Below are positions 33,842 through 42,773 of a DNA stretch of 64,000 nt, in pieces (the stretch's first letter is position 1; each line of letters opens with the position of its first letter). Source of the DNA: Clostridia bacterium (GTDB taxonomy: Bacteria; Bacillota; Clostridia; UBA1381); the NCBI GenBank assembly GCA_045658645.1, contig JAZOVJ010000054.1, forward strand, positions 7,805 to 71,804, written 5' to 3'. A program made the position numbers and the translations under genes. The notes under the pieces are model-generated. The model did no database searches, was not told the origin of the DNA, and worked only from the letters and a program-made list of their open reading frames with translations.

Positions 33842-36040
33842 TTATATCTTTTCGAGCTTTGCAAATGCTGCCATAAGCCTTTTGGTTTCACCCGAATCAA
33901 AAGCGATTTCAAGCATAGCGTCCTTTTCGAATTTCTGTGCTGCAGTAACAGTTCCGTCACCAAACTTCTTGTGGCGAACGCGGTCGCCGACATTAAAGTC
34001 AATTATGCCGGTTGCCTGAGATGTGGCTTTGGTGATAGTGCTGAATACGTTAGTTGTTGCTTTTTTTGTTAAAATCGGTATTTTCGTAACAGACGAAGTG
34101 AAGCTGTCCGCTGCCGTCATTCCGTCTTCTGCGAGGTATTCCTTTGGAATTTCAGCTAAAAAGCGTGAATTAACCTGATGCGTTGTCTGACCGTATAGTG
34201 TACGGTCCTTTGCCGCTGTTATATAAAGCTGTTTTTTTGCACGGGTTATTGCAACGTAGCAAAGCCGGCGTTCTTCTTCTAAATCGTCCATTTTTTCCAT
34301 AGACCGTGCAGACGGGAAAAGCCCTTCTTCCATACCTGTTAAGAAAACAGTTGGGAATTCAAGACCTTTTGCCGAGTGTATGGTCATTAAAACCACCAAA
34401 TCGTCAGTTTCGTCATAGCCGTCAAGGTCGGAAATCAAAGCCGCATTTTCCAAAAATCCTGCAAGGGTAGGATTATCCTCCGCCTTTTCATATTCTGAAA
34501 CCGCTGATAAAAACTCACCAAGGTTGTCAAGTCTTGTCTTTGCCTCAACGCTGTTTTCTGCAATTAGCATAGCAGAATAGCCAGTGTCAGCAATAACCCT
34601 TTCCACAAACTCAACAAGAGGCATTGTATCAGATGCTTTTTTTAAGGAAAGAATAAGATTAGAAAACTCCACAAGCTTAATAGCGGAGCGGGACAGAGAC
34701 GGATACTGATTTGCATTTTTTACAACCTCAAAAGAGGAAATGCCGAAATCAAGAGCAATTTCGTAAATTTTATCAAGTGTGGTTTTTCCTATACTTCGCT
34801 TGGGTTCGTTGATTATTCTGCCTAAGCTGACGTCATCATTCTGGTTTAAGATAAGTCTTAAATAAGCAATAATATCCTTGATTTCCTTGCGGTCATAGAA
34901 GCGAAGCCCGCCTACAACCTTATACGGAATTGCGTTTCTCAAAAGCAAATCTTCTATTACACGTGATTGTGCGTTGGTGCGGTATAAAATGGCGATATCG
35001 GAAAGAGGTTCGCCATTTGATTTTTGTTTTTCGATTTCGTTTGCGATATAAAGTGCCTCGTCACGCTCGTTGTAGCCGATGTGAAGCTTAATCTTTTCGC
35101 CAACCTCATTTTCTGTCCAAAGTGACTTGTCTTTTCGGGCGTGGTTGTTGTGAATAACCGCATTTGCGGCGTCTAAAATGGTTGAGGTTGAGCGATAGTT
35201 CTGCTCAAGCTTGATTACGCAGGTATCGGAAAATGTATCCTCAAAATTCAGAATATTCTGAATGTTCGCGCCACGGAACTTGTAAATACTCTGGTCATCA
35301 TCGCCAACAACGCAGATGTTTTCGTGCTTTGCCGCCAGCATACTTATAAGCATATACTGGGCATTGTTGGTATCCTGATACTCGTCAACCATTATGTAAC
35401 GAAATCTGTCCTGATACTTTTCCAAAACGTCAGGGTTGTCCGCCAAAATTTTTACCGCAAAAACCAAAATATCGTCAAAATCAACGGCGTTGTTGGATTT
35501 CAGCTTTTTCTGGTAAAGCTCGTATATGTCACAAATACGGCTCATGCGAAAATCATTTCCGTTTATAAGGCGGAATGTGTCAGGGTCCTGCAGGTCATCT
35601 TTTGCGTTTGAAATAACTGATGCAACCAGTTTATAAGGATAATTTTTCTCATCAATATCAAGGTCCTTGTAGCAGTCCTTTAAAACTGTTTTTGTGTCAG
35701 AGGTATCGTAAATCACAAAATCGTTGGAAAAGCCCAAAAGGGAAATGTGGCTTCTCAAAATTCTGACACAAGCCGAGTGGAATGTGCAAAGCCACATATC
35801 ACGGGAAAGGTCGCCTATAACACGTGACACACGCTCCTTCATTTCGTTGGCAGCCTTGTTGGTAAAGGTGATTGCCATAATGTTATATGGTCGCACATTT
35901 TTTGTTTCAATTATATAAGCAATACGGTTTACTAAAACTGTGGTCTTTCCTGAGCCTGCACCGGCAAGGATTAAAACGGGACCTTCAGTCTGCAAAACCG
36001 CTTTTTTCTGCATATCGTTTAAGGTTGTCAAGTCAATCAT
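33842..36040 (-). CDS. pcrA: ATP-dependent DNA helicase PcrA (UvrD family)
   Basis: AGAGSGKTTV Walker A, DEYQDTN, and the helicase motifs through VAITRAK. Length is 732 aa. Confidence 0.95.
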   Translation of the reverse strand: MIDLTTLNDMQKKAVLQTEGPVLILAGAGSGKTTVLVNRIAYIIETKNVRPYNIMAITFTNKAANEMKERVSRVIGDLSRDMWLCTFHSACVRILRSHISLLGFSNDFVIYDTSDTKTVLKDCYKDLDIDEKNYPYKLVASVISNAKDDLQDPDTFRLINGNDFRMSRICDIYELYQKKLKSNNAVDFDDILVFAVKILADNPDVLEKYQDRFRYIMVDEYQDTNNAQYMLISMLAAKHENICVVGDDDQSIYKFRGANIQNILNFEDTFSDTCVIKLEQNYRSTSTILDAANAVIHNNHARKDKSLWTENEVGEKIKLHIGYNERDEALYIANEIEKQKSNGEPLSDIAILYRTNAQSRVIEDLLLRNAIPYKVVGGLRFYDRKEIKDIIAYLRLILNQNDDVSLGRIINEPKRSIGKTTLDKIYEIALDFGISSFEVVKNANQYPSLSRSAIKLVEFSNLILSLKKASDTMPLVEFVERVIADTGYSAMLIAENSVEAKTRLDNLGEFLSAVSEYEKAEDNPTLAGFLENAALISDLDGYDETDDLVVLMTIHSAKGLEFPTVFLTGMEEGLFPSARSMEKMDDLEEERRLCYVAITRAKKQLYITAAKDRTLYGQTTHQVNSRFLAEIPKEYLAEDGMTAADSFTSSVTKIPILTKKATTNVFSTITKATSQATGIIDFNVGDRVRHKKFGDGTVTAAQKFEKDAMLEIAFDSGETKRLMAAFAKLEKI

Positions 36041-36228
36041 ATTTCCTCCGAAAACCGCTTATTTGCGGCAAAATAAACTCACCATTTCAGTATATCACAA
36101 CCTGAAAGAAAAAGCTATATTTTTTTCAAAGTTCAGCCAAATTTGCATTATCTTTTAGAGTATTTAAAATTGCGTTGCGGTTAAGTTAATAAAGTAATTT
36201 CGAAAATGATGCGGAGGTGATAAAGTTG

Positions 36229-37368
36229 ATGAAAAAATTTAAAAAAATATTAAAAAAATCAATAGTAGTATTACCTGTTTTATTGTTTTTAACCGCATAT
36301 TCAGGCGTTCCTGAAAAGGTTACAATTGTAGAGGGAGAAAGTCTTGACTTTAAGTGGGGCGTAACCGCTACTGTAAACACGTCAAAGGTAGACAGATATT
36401 CTGTAGAAGCAAAGCTGTTTAATGTTATTCCTATTAAATCGGTAGACGTGTCGGTTATCCCGAAAAAGTACCTTGTTCCGTCAGGCGAAGCGATTGGCGT
36501 CAAGCTATATACCGATGGAGTGTTGGTTGTGGGAATAAGCGATGTTACGGATAGCTATGGAAAAATCTATCAGCCAGCAAGGGATGCGGGAATAACGGTG
36601 GGGGACAGAATTTTGTCAGTAAACGGGAAATATGTTAAAAATATTAATGATTTTACCGACAAAATTAATGAAGCAGGAACTCGTGCAACCCTTGAAATAG
36701 CAAGACAAGATTACAGGTTTTCAGCAGAACTTTCACCGGCATATTCCAAAGACGGAGGCTATAAGGTAGGACTTTGGGTCAGGGATTCAACGGCAGGGAT
36801 AGGAACTCTGACTTTTTATAACCCTGAAGACAACACCTTTTATGCTCTTGGTCACGGAATATGCGACAGCGATACAAAGGAGCTTATGGCGGTCAGAGAG
36901 GGAAGTATAAACGCATGCAGGATACGAAGCGTGATTAAAGGTGAGCGAGGTATTGCAGGGGAACTTTCAGGTGATTTTTCCGGTGTGGAAATCGGGGAAA
37001 TAACTAAAAATACCGATGCGGGAATAAGCGGAAAAGCAAGCACTCATTCACAGGCGGAACCTGTAATGATAGCATCAAGATTTGAGGTCAGAAAGGGTAA
37101 TGCGGAAATTTTGTGCGATGTTGACGGATGTGGACCAAGACGCTATAAAATCGAAATTACAAGAATCCAGAAAGGACAGGACCAGAAGAACCTTGTTTTA
37201 AAGGTGACAGATGACAGACTTGTTGAAAAAACCGGCGGAATCGTGCAGGGAATGAGCGGTTCGCCGATACTTCAGAATGGTAAATTTGTAGGTGCTGTGA
37301 CTCACGTGTTTGTAAATGACCCAACGAGAGGATACGGCATATTCATTGAGAACATGTTAGCAGAATAA
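36229..37368 (+). CDS. spoIVB: SpoIVB signalling serine peptidase (S55)
   Basis: N-terminal TM/signal region, a PDZ domain (GITVGDRILSVNG), GTLTFYNPEDNTFYALGHGI, and the catalytic Ser in GMSGSPILQNGKFVGAVTHVF. The start is ambiguous (GTG 36217, TTG 36226 or ATG 36229). Confidence 0.9.
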   Translation: MKKFKKILKKSIVVLPVLLFLTAYSGVPEKVTIVEGESLDFKWGVTATVNTSKVDRYSVEAKLFNVIPIKSVDVSVIPKKYLVPSGEAIGVKLYTDGVLVVGISDVTDSYGKIYQPARDAGITVGDRILSVNGKYVKNINDFTDKINEAGTRATLEIARQDYRFSAELSPAYSKDGGYKVGLWVRDSTAGIGTLTFYNPEDNTFYALGHGICDSDTKELMAVREGSINACRIRSVIKGERGIAGELSGDFSGVEIGEITKNTDAGISGKASTHSQAEPVMIASRFEVRKGNAEILCDVDGCGPRRYKIEITRIQKGQDQKNLVLKVTDDRLVEKTGGIVQGMSGSPILQNGKFVGAVTHVFVNDPTRGYGIFIENMLAE

Positions 37369-37401
37369 AAAAAGACTTGTATGCTTTTTGCATACAAGTC
37401 T
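37366..37401. terminator. Terminator hairpin between convergent spoIVB and the MFS gene
   Basis: AGACTTGTATGC-TTTTT-GCATACAAGTCT. The A7 run on the plus strand gives a T-run for the minus-strand transcript. Confidence 0.7.
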
Positions 37402-37412
37402 GTACTTATTTA

Positions 37413-38630
37413 TCATGGTTTTTTGATAAAAGCATTTAAAATGAGTGCCACAACAGTCAGTGATAAAAGCATCACGAATGTTGCATTGTATCCGCCTGTT
37501 GCTTCTAAAACCTTGCTCGACACAGTAGCGATTAAAGAACCGCCCATAACGGTAAATGTCATAAGTGCCATATTGGAAGAAAAATACTTCATACCAAAGA
37601 ACGATGAAGTGAATGCGGCGGTGATAGTCGGGCAGGCACCATAGGACATACCGGTTAAGCAAAGACCGGCAATACATAGCGGTAATGAGCCGACAGATAC
37701 AGAAAGTAATGTAACTCCTGCTGCAAAAATGGTTAAAATATTAGCACAAATCATAGTTTTGCGGCGACCGATAGTATCAAAAACCGCTCCTGTTATGATA
37801 CGGCCAATGCCGTTACAAACGGACAGTACGCCAACCAAAGATACTGCCAAAGCCTCAGGCGCGTTAACTGATAGTGCCAAATCCTTGGCAAAGCTTATTA
37901 CCGAACTGCCAACGGCAGCAAGGAAAGAAATGCAGATAAATGCCATCCAGAAAGACGGACGGCGAAGCATCTCGGCTGAAGTGTAGTCTTTCTGCTCAAA
38001 ATTTTCAGTATTTCCTGTTTTTGCCGATTTAGGCTCGGGAAGGACTATATCTGTGTTTGGTTTTTTGAGGATAATGCCTGAAAGGATAATAACCACACAA
38101 ATTGAAGCGCCTAAAATCACATAGGTCATCTTCCAGCCAAGTGAGCTTTTGAAAAGGCTGTCTGCCAGATTTCCAAGCACTAAAGCAGAAGCGCCAAAAC
38201 CCATCATAAGACAACCTGAACACAAGCCTTTCTTGTCAGGAAACCAGGCACTTACTGTTGCAATAATCACGTTATATGCAATACCGATGCCAAGACCTGC
38301 CAAAACACCGTAGGTTATGTATAGCATCAAAACAGAAGAGCCTGAAAGAGTTGCGGTCAGGATAAAGCCTGAAGCGGAAAGAATGCCTGAGGTTATCAGC
38401 GCAGGCAAATGTCCTGCCTTTTTTGATATTTTAGAGCCTAAAAGTCCGCCGATACAGAAGAAACTCATAGCAAGAGTGAAGTTTAAAGCAAGGCTTGATG
38501 CACTCCAGCCAAAATCTGCTGCAAGCGGTGATTTTAAAATTGACCATGCGTACAGGATACCTGCAAAAAGCATTGCGATAACGCCAACTGCCATATAACA
38601 CCAACGCACCGATAAATTATTTTTAGTCAT
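37413..38630 (-). CDS. MFS transporter (oxalate/formate antiporter-like, OFA family)
   Basis: 12 TM segments. The N-terminal RWCYMAVGVIAMLFAGILYAWSILKSPL pattern is typical of OFA-family MFS proteins. The start is taken at MTKNNLS. Confidence 0.8.
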   Translation of the reverse strand: MTKNNLSVRWCYMAVGVIAMLFAGILYAWSILKSPLAADFGWSASSLALNFTLAMSFFCIGGLLGSKISKKAGHLPALITSGILSASGFILTATLSGSSVLMLYITYGVLAGLGIGIAYNVIIATVSAWFPDKKGLCSGCLMMGFGASALVLGNLADSLFKSSLGWKMTYVILGASICVVIILSGIILKKPNTDIVLPEPKSAKTGNTENFEQKDYTSAEMLRRPSFWMAFICISFLAAVGSSVISFAKDLALSVNAPEALAVSLVGVLSVCNGIGRIITGAVFDTIGRRKTMICANILTIFAAGVTLLSVSVGSLPLCIAGLCLTGMSYGACPTITAAFTSSFFGMKYFSSNMALMTFTVMGGSLIATVSSKVLEATGGYNATFVMLLSLTVVALILNAFIKKP

Positions 38631-38713
38631 TAGTAACACCACCAATGTGTAAAATTTTGATATGTGGCTATTGTATCATGTTTTTGAAAAAAAGTCCATA
38701 TTTAATTTAGAGC

Positions 38714-40327
38714 TTACCCACGAAAATGGGTAAGTTCTTCTTTTTTTACGGCACCAAACAGAGTAAGTGACAGTGAATAGCAAACAAAAGCCATCAGCAT
38801 CGTTGATAAAAAGCCTGAATAGATATTTCTTGTAAGGTGTATCAGCGGATTCAAGACAAGATATGTCACAAAAAGCATAATAACCGTTGCTGAAAATACT
38901 TTCCCAAAATCTTTTAAGGATACAGGCGTTATGTTAAAATCCTTTTTAATTCTTCTCATATTCAGTATAAAGTAGATGACATTTGCCAAAAATGTTGCGA
39001 TTATAGCGCCTAAAATATTCAACTGCGGAATTGGAATAAGCACGAACGTCAGTACAATTTTAATAAGGTTGCAGGACGTTATGTACTTAAATGGCGTCAT
39101 AATATTCCCCGATGCGTGAAGTACGGCACAGTAAAACTGGGACAGGGCAGAAAACACCAATATTGGCGCCATAGCCGAAAGCATAAGCTGTGATGCGGTG
39201 TTTTTGAACAGTATGTAAAGAATTTCTTTTGAGAAAAGCATCAGAATACCGCTTGCGGGAAGGGATATTAGCAGAATGGTTTTGGCAGCCATAGACACGG
39301 TTTTTGTAAGGCGTGTATAATTTTTTGAAACAATTCCTCCTGATACGACAGGTAATATGGCTACTCCAAAGGACGCTAAAACCCCTGACGGAAGATTGAA
39401 AACAGTCGCCGCATATCCCGAATATGCACCATAAAGCCACCTTGCACCGTCAAGTGACAGCTTTCCACCCTCCGACAGCGAGCTGAAAATATCGGTGAAA
39501 GGAGAATATGTGGCGATAAAATCCCTTGCCTGATTTTCTGAAAAAGTGATGTTAGTAAGCTGGGAGCGGATGACTGATGCGTCCCAAAGCCCTAAAAGCC
39601 CTGAAACGAGAGCACAGGCGGTCATAGGAACTGCCACCGAAACCAGTGTTTTCACAATTTTTCTGCGTGAGACAATACGTTTTTCAAATTGCAGATTTTT
39701 TCTGTAAGGTATATATAAAAGGAACAATATGAGAGTTGCCACTGCTTCACCGATGGTTACGCCGAAGATGGCAGCACCGGATGTGTATTTTACAGGAAAG
39801 GAAGAGAACCAGAATGCCAGAAGATACCCGAATATCAGCTTTACAAGTGCTTCTATTACCTGAGAAATGGCAGTTGGCGTCTGACAGGCATACCCCTGAT
39901 AACAGCTTTTATAAACGCATCCTATGGCTACAAAAAATATGGAGGGCGCTATTGCTTTTATGGCAAAAACTGCCTTGGGGTCTTTCATAGAAAGTGCAAA
40001 AAAGTCTGCACAAAAAAACATAACAAGGCTTGCAAGAAGACCAAGCATTGACATCATAAGGAAAGAAAGCTTTACAGAAAAGCGTATATTTCCGTATCTT
40101 TTAAGTGCCAGCTCGCCTGATACATAACGTGAAATTGCAAATGGAAGCCCCGAGGTGATGAGCGACAAAAGCATTATGTAAACGGAAAAGGCGGTCTGGT
40201 AAATCGCCATACCCTGTTCGCCTAAAATATAGGTTAAAGGGATTTTTAAAACGGCGCCAAGGATTTTTGATATGGCATTTGCGGATATTAAAATAAGAGT
40301 GCCTCTAAAAAATGATTCCGATTTCAT
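38714..40327 (-). CDS. MOP-superfamily flippase (YabM/SpoVB/MurJ-like polysaccharide or lipid II flippase)
   Basis: 537 aa with about 14 TM segments. The N-terminal FFRGTLILISANAISKILGAVLKIPLTYILGEQGMAIYQ matches the SpoVB/MurJ-type pattern. It neighbours the yabO-yabR block, as yabM does in Bacillus. Confidence 0.75.
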   Translation of the reverse strand: MKSESFFRGTLILISANAISKILGAVLKIPLTYILGEQGMAIYQTAFSVYIMLLSLITSGLPFAISRYVSGELALKRYGNIRFSVKLSFLMMSMLGLLASLVMFFCADFFALSMKDPKAVFAIKAIAPSIFFVAIGCVYKSCYQGYACQTPTAISQVIEALVKLIFGYLLAFWFSSFPVKYTSGAAIFGVTIGEAVATLILFLLYIPYRKNLQFEKRIVSRRKIVKTLVSVAVPMTACALVSGLLGLWDASVIRSQLTNITFSENQARDFIATYSPFTDIFSSLSEGGKLSLDGARWLYGAYSGYAATVFNLPSGVLASFGVAILPVVSGGIVSKNYTRLTKTVSMAAKTILLISLPASGILMLFSKEILYILFKNTASQLMLSAMAPILVFSALSQFYCAVLHASGNIMTPFKYITSCNLIKIVLTFVLIPIPQLNILGAIIATFLANVIYFILNMRRIKKDFNITPVSLKDFGKVFSATVIMLFVTYLVLNPLIHLTRNIYSGFLSTMLMAFVCYSLSLTLFGAVKKEELTHFRG

Positions 40328-40476
40328 AACCCCTCGATTCTGCCCGTTTTAATAAGGGCAACCGGTTTTTACATTAAAAAACTGAAATTCAACTGATTTT
40401 ATATATCTTTTTTGTTAAAATCAACAATAATTGTCAAGGAATTTCAAGAAAAATGCTAAATTTTCACAGAAAGCTA

Positions 40477-40505
40477 TTGACAAGCATAGATATTTATAAT
40501 AAAAT
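40477..40505 (+). promoter_or_regulatory. SigmaA-type promoter of hup
   Basis: TTGACA (40477-40482), a 17-nt spacer, then TAAAAT (40500-40505). An overlapping TATAAT at 40495 has only a 12-nt spacer. Confidence 0.5.
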
Positions 40506-40571
40506 GTTATTCAGTAGGGGAATGGTTAATTCCCGAAATAAAAAAAACAATTTTTTTAGGAGGATACATTT

Positions 40572-40847
40572 ATGAACAAGACAGAATTAGTTGCAGCTGT
40601 TGCAGAAAAAGCAGCATTATCAAAGAAAGATGCTGAAAAGGCAGTTAGCGCAGTAGTTGATACAATTACAGCAGCTCTTGCAGACGGCGACAAAGTTCAG
40701 TTAGTTGGTTTCGGTACATTCGAAGTTAGAGAAAGAGCAGCAAGAACAGGTAAGAACCCAAGAACAGGCGCTGCTATCAAAATTGCAGCTTCTAAGGTTC
40801 CTGCATTCAAGGCTGGACAGGCTTTCAAGAACACAGTTAACAAATAA
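40572..40847 (+). CDS. hup: DNA-binding protein HU
   Basis: 91 aa. [13 protein letters not shown]..., [21 protein letters not shown], and a strong AGGAGG RBS. Confidence 0.97.
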   Translation: MNKTELVAAVAEKAALSKKDAEKAVSAVVDTITAALADGDKVQLVGFGTFEVRERAARTGKNPRTGAAIKIAASKVPAFKAGQAFKNTVNK

Positions 40848-40860
40848 TTGCGTAAGATTC

Positions 40861-40892
40861 GAAGCTCCTCAAGTTCTTGAGGAGCTTCTTTT
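40861..40892 (+). terminator. Rho-independent terminator of hup
   Basis: GAAGCTCCTCAA-GTTC-TTGAGGAGCTTC followed by TTTT. Confidence 0.85.
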
Positions 40893-40912
40893 CGTTATAG
40901 TCGGAGGGATAT

Positions 40913-41152
40913 ATGAGACTTGATAAATATTTAAAGGTATCCAGGCTTATAAAAAGAAGAACAGTTGCAAATGAAGCTTGTGACAACCAGAGAATTCAGG
41001 TAAACGGGCGGATTGTCAAGGCGTCTTATGATGTAAAAGTCGGCGATATAATAGAGATAAAAATGGGCGAAAAAGTGGTTAAGGCAGAGGTTTTGCAGGT
41101 TTTGGAACACGCCTTGAAAAACGATGCAGCCTTAATGTATAAAATACTGTAA
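40913..41152 (+). CDS. yabO: S4-domain RNA-binding protein (YabO/Hsp15-like)
   Basis: 79 aa. MRLDKYLKVSRLIKRRTVA is the S4 motif. It precedes yabP-yabQ-divIC, as in Bacillus. Confidence 0.85.
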   Translation: MRLDKYLKVSRLIKRRTVANEACDNQRIQVNGRIVKASYDVKVGDIIEIKMGEKVVKAEVLQVLEHALKNDAALMYKIL

Positions 41153-41212
41153 TATAAAAAATGCATTCTCAATAAAATATACGGAGGGTGCATATTTAAT
41201 AGCGTGAATACT

Positions 41213-41245
41213 GCTCCCTTTAAGTTTTAAAAAGGGAGCTTTTTT
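41213..41245 (+). terminator. Terminator-like hairpin abutting the yabP start codon
   Basis: GCTCCCTTT-N9-AAAGGGAGC followed by T6, then the ATG immediately. The only purine-rich RBS candidate (GGGAG) is the 3' arm of the stem. Confidence 0.6.
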
Positions 41246-41527
41246 ATGATTGAACAAAATACAGAAAAACCAAAAATGAACCAGAAACTGATTTTAGAGG
41301 ACAGAAGCAGGTTCTCTGTGGGACTTGTTGAGAATGTGGAGAACTTTTCAGAGGAGGAAATCCTTTTAAAGACGGCTTTGGGCGGACTTCTGGTTACGGG
41401 AAAAAATCTTAAAATGGAGGATTTGTCAATAGAAAACGGCAACATTCTCTTAACGGGAAGAGTGGATAAGATTGAGTTTTCACAGATAAAGGAAAAACAC
41501 AGCTTTTTTAAGGATTTGTTCAGGTAA
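41246..41527 (+). CDS. yabP: Sporulation protein YabP
   Basis: 93 aa. The LILEDRSRFSVGLVENVENFSEEEILLKT..G.L.V.G..L pattern matches the YabP/YqfC family. It is followed by yabQ. Confidence 0.85.
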   Translation: MIEQNTEKPKMNQKLILEDRSRFSVGLVENVENFSEEEILLKTALGGLLVTGKNLKMEDLSIENGNILLTGRVDKIEFSQIKEKHSFFKDLFR

Positions 41528-41967
41528 TGGTAGTTTCTTTGGAGTACGAATTATTAACCTTTTTCTCATCAATAGTCCTTGCCGTTTTGGTGGGCGTTTT
41601 GTACGATTTTTTTAGGGTGTTGAGAAAGTTCACAAAAATAACTGTTTTATGGGACGTTTTGATGTGGATTTCTGTTATTATCCTGACATGTGCGGTGTGG
41701 TTTTTGGTGTTGAACGGTGAAGTGAGATGGTATACGATTTTAGGCTCGTTTTTTTCAGGGGTTATATACCTTCTGACTCTGTCAAAATACGTGTATCTGG
41801 TGCTTTATTTTCTGGCGGATAAAATTTACTTTCTTTTTCACATAATTTTCAAAATTCTATTGACACCGCTTGCTTTTTTATGTAAAATAATAAGTGTATA
41901 TGTTATAAGGGCAAGACTTAAGTTTTCTAAGAAAGTTGAAGAGAAAGATGATGAAAAAAAGGCCTAA
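41527..41967 (+). CDS. yabQ: Spore cortex biosynthesis protein YabQ
   Basis: 146 aa with four TM helices. The GVLYDFFRVLRK motif is typical of YabQ. The ATG overlaps the yabP stop. Confidence 0.8.
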   Translation: MVVSLEYELLTFFSSIVLAVLVGVLYDFFRVLRKFTKITVLWDVLMWISVIILTCAVWFLVLNGEVRWYTILGSFFSGVIYLLTLSKYVYLVLYFLADKIYFLFHIIFKILLTPLAFLCKIISVYVIRARLKFSKKVEEKDDEKKA

Positions 41968-42250
41968 ACTAAAAGTGAATATTGCCACTCTTTCAATACT
42001 TCTGGCAGCCTTGGTTTCTGTTGGAATGATAATTAAAGGCGTTATGTATCAGCCTGCGATTTCTGCCCACGAAAAAAGAAAAGCAGAAATTCAGGAAAGC
42101 ATAGAATACGAAAAGCAGAGAATCAAGGAAATTGACGAAGTCACCCAGAAGGTCGGAACTGACGAGTACACAGAAAAAGTTGCAAGAGAAAAGCTTGGTA
42201 TGATTAAATCGGACGAAATCGTATTCGTAGACATATCAGGACAGAAATAA
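41936..42250 (+). CDS. divIC: Septum formation initiator (DivIC/FtsB family)
   Basis: 104 aa with a single TM segment and a coiled coil. The C-terminal EKVAREKLGMIKSDEIVF motif is present. It overlaps the yabQ 3' end. Confidence 0.8.
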   Translation: MKRKMMKKRPKLKVNIATLSILLAALVSVGMIIKGVMYQPAISAHEKRKAEIQESIEYEKQRIKEIDEVTQKVGTDEYTEKVAREKLGMIKSDEIVFVDISGQK

Positions 42251-42270
42251 ATGAAGGGAAATACACAAAT

Positions 42271-42714
42271 ATGTCATTGGAAAAAGGTAGCATAGTCGAT
42301 GGAAAGGTTACAGGCGTAATGCCTTTCGGGGCGTTTGTTTCGTTACCTGATAACAAAACAGGACTTGTGCACATTTCCGAAATCACAAAGGAATATGTAA
42401 AAGATATTAATGATCACATAAAACAGGGTGACGAGGTTAAGGTAAAGGTTATTGACATTGATAAAAACGGAAAAATTAACCTTTCCATAAGGCAGGCACA
42501 GGTGTCTGAAAAGAAAAATAAGAGACAGGAAAAGCCTTCAGGACCTATTCGACCTGCGGATATTGACTGGTTTGCCAAAAGCGATGAGGACTTATCTTTT
42601 GAGGACAAGCTGTCCCGCTTTAAAAAAGACGCAGATGAAAAGATGCTTGCGCTTAAGCGTTCAAACGAATCAAAGCGTTCAGGCGGTTATCACAGAGGCG
42701 GCGGTACATATTGA
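42271..42714 (+). CDS. yabR: S1-domain RNA-binding protein (YabR-like)
   Basis: S1 domain GSIVDGKVTGVMPFGAFVSLPDNKTGLVHISE with a basic C-terminal tail. Confidence 0.85.
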   Translation: MSLEKGSIVDGKVTGVMPFGAFVSLPDNKTGLVHISEITKEYVKDINDHIKQGDEVKVKVIDIDKNGKINLSIRQAQVSEKKNKRQEKPSGPIRPADIDWFAKSDEDLSFEDKLSRFKKDADEKMLALKRSNESKRSGGYHRGGGTY

Positions 42715-42719
42715 TGTTA

Positions 42720-42757
42720 AAGGGGGATGTTATATCCCCCTTTTATGTGTTTTTTTA
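42720..42757 (+). terminator. Rho-independent terminator after yabR
   Basis: AAGGGGGAT-GTTAT-ATCCCCCTT followed by a T-rich run. Confidence 0.8.
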
Positions 42758-42773
42758 AGGAAAGGATTTTAAA

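Noticed and set aside
36041-36216. A sigmaF/sigmaG-type forespore promoter for spoIVB.
   Set aside because: I looked for GnATA/G - 17-18 nt - CATnnTA-like elements. I could not find a match good enough to report.
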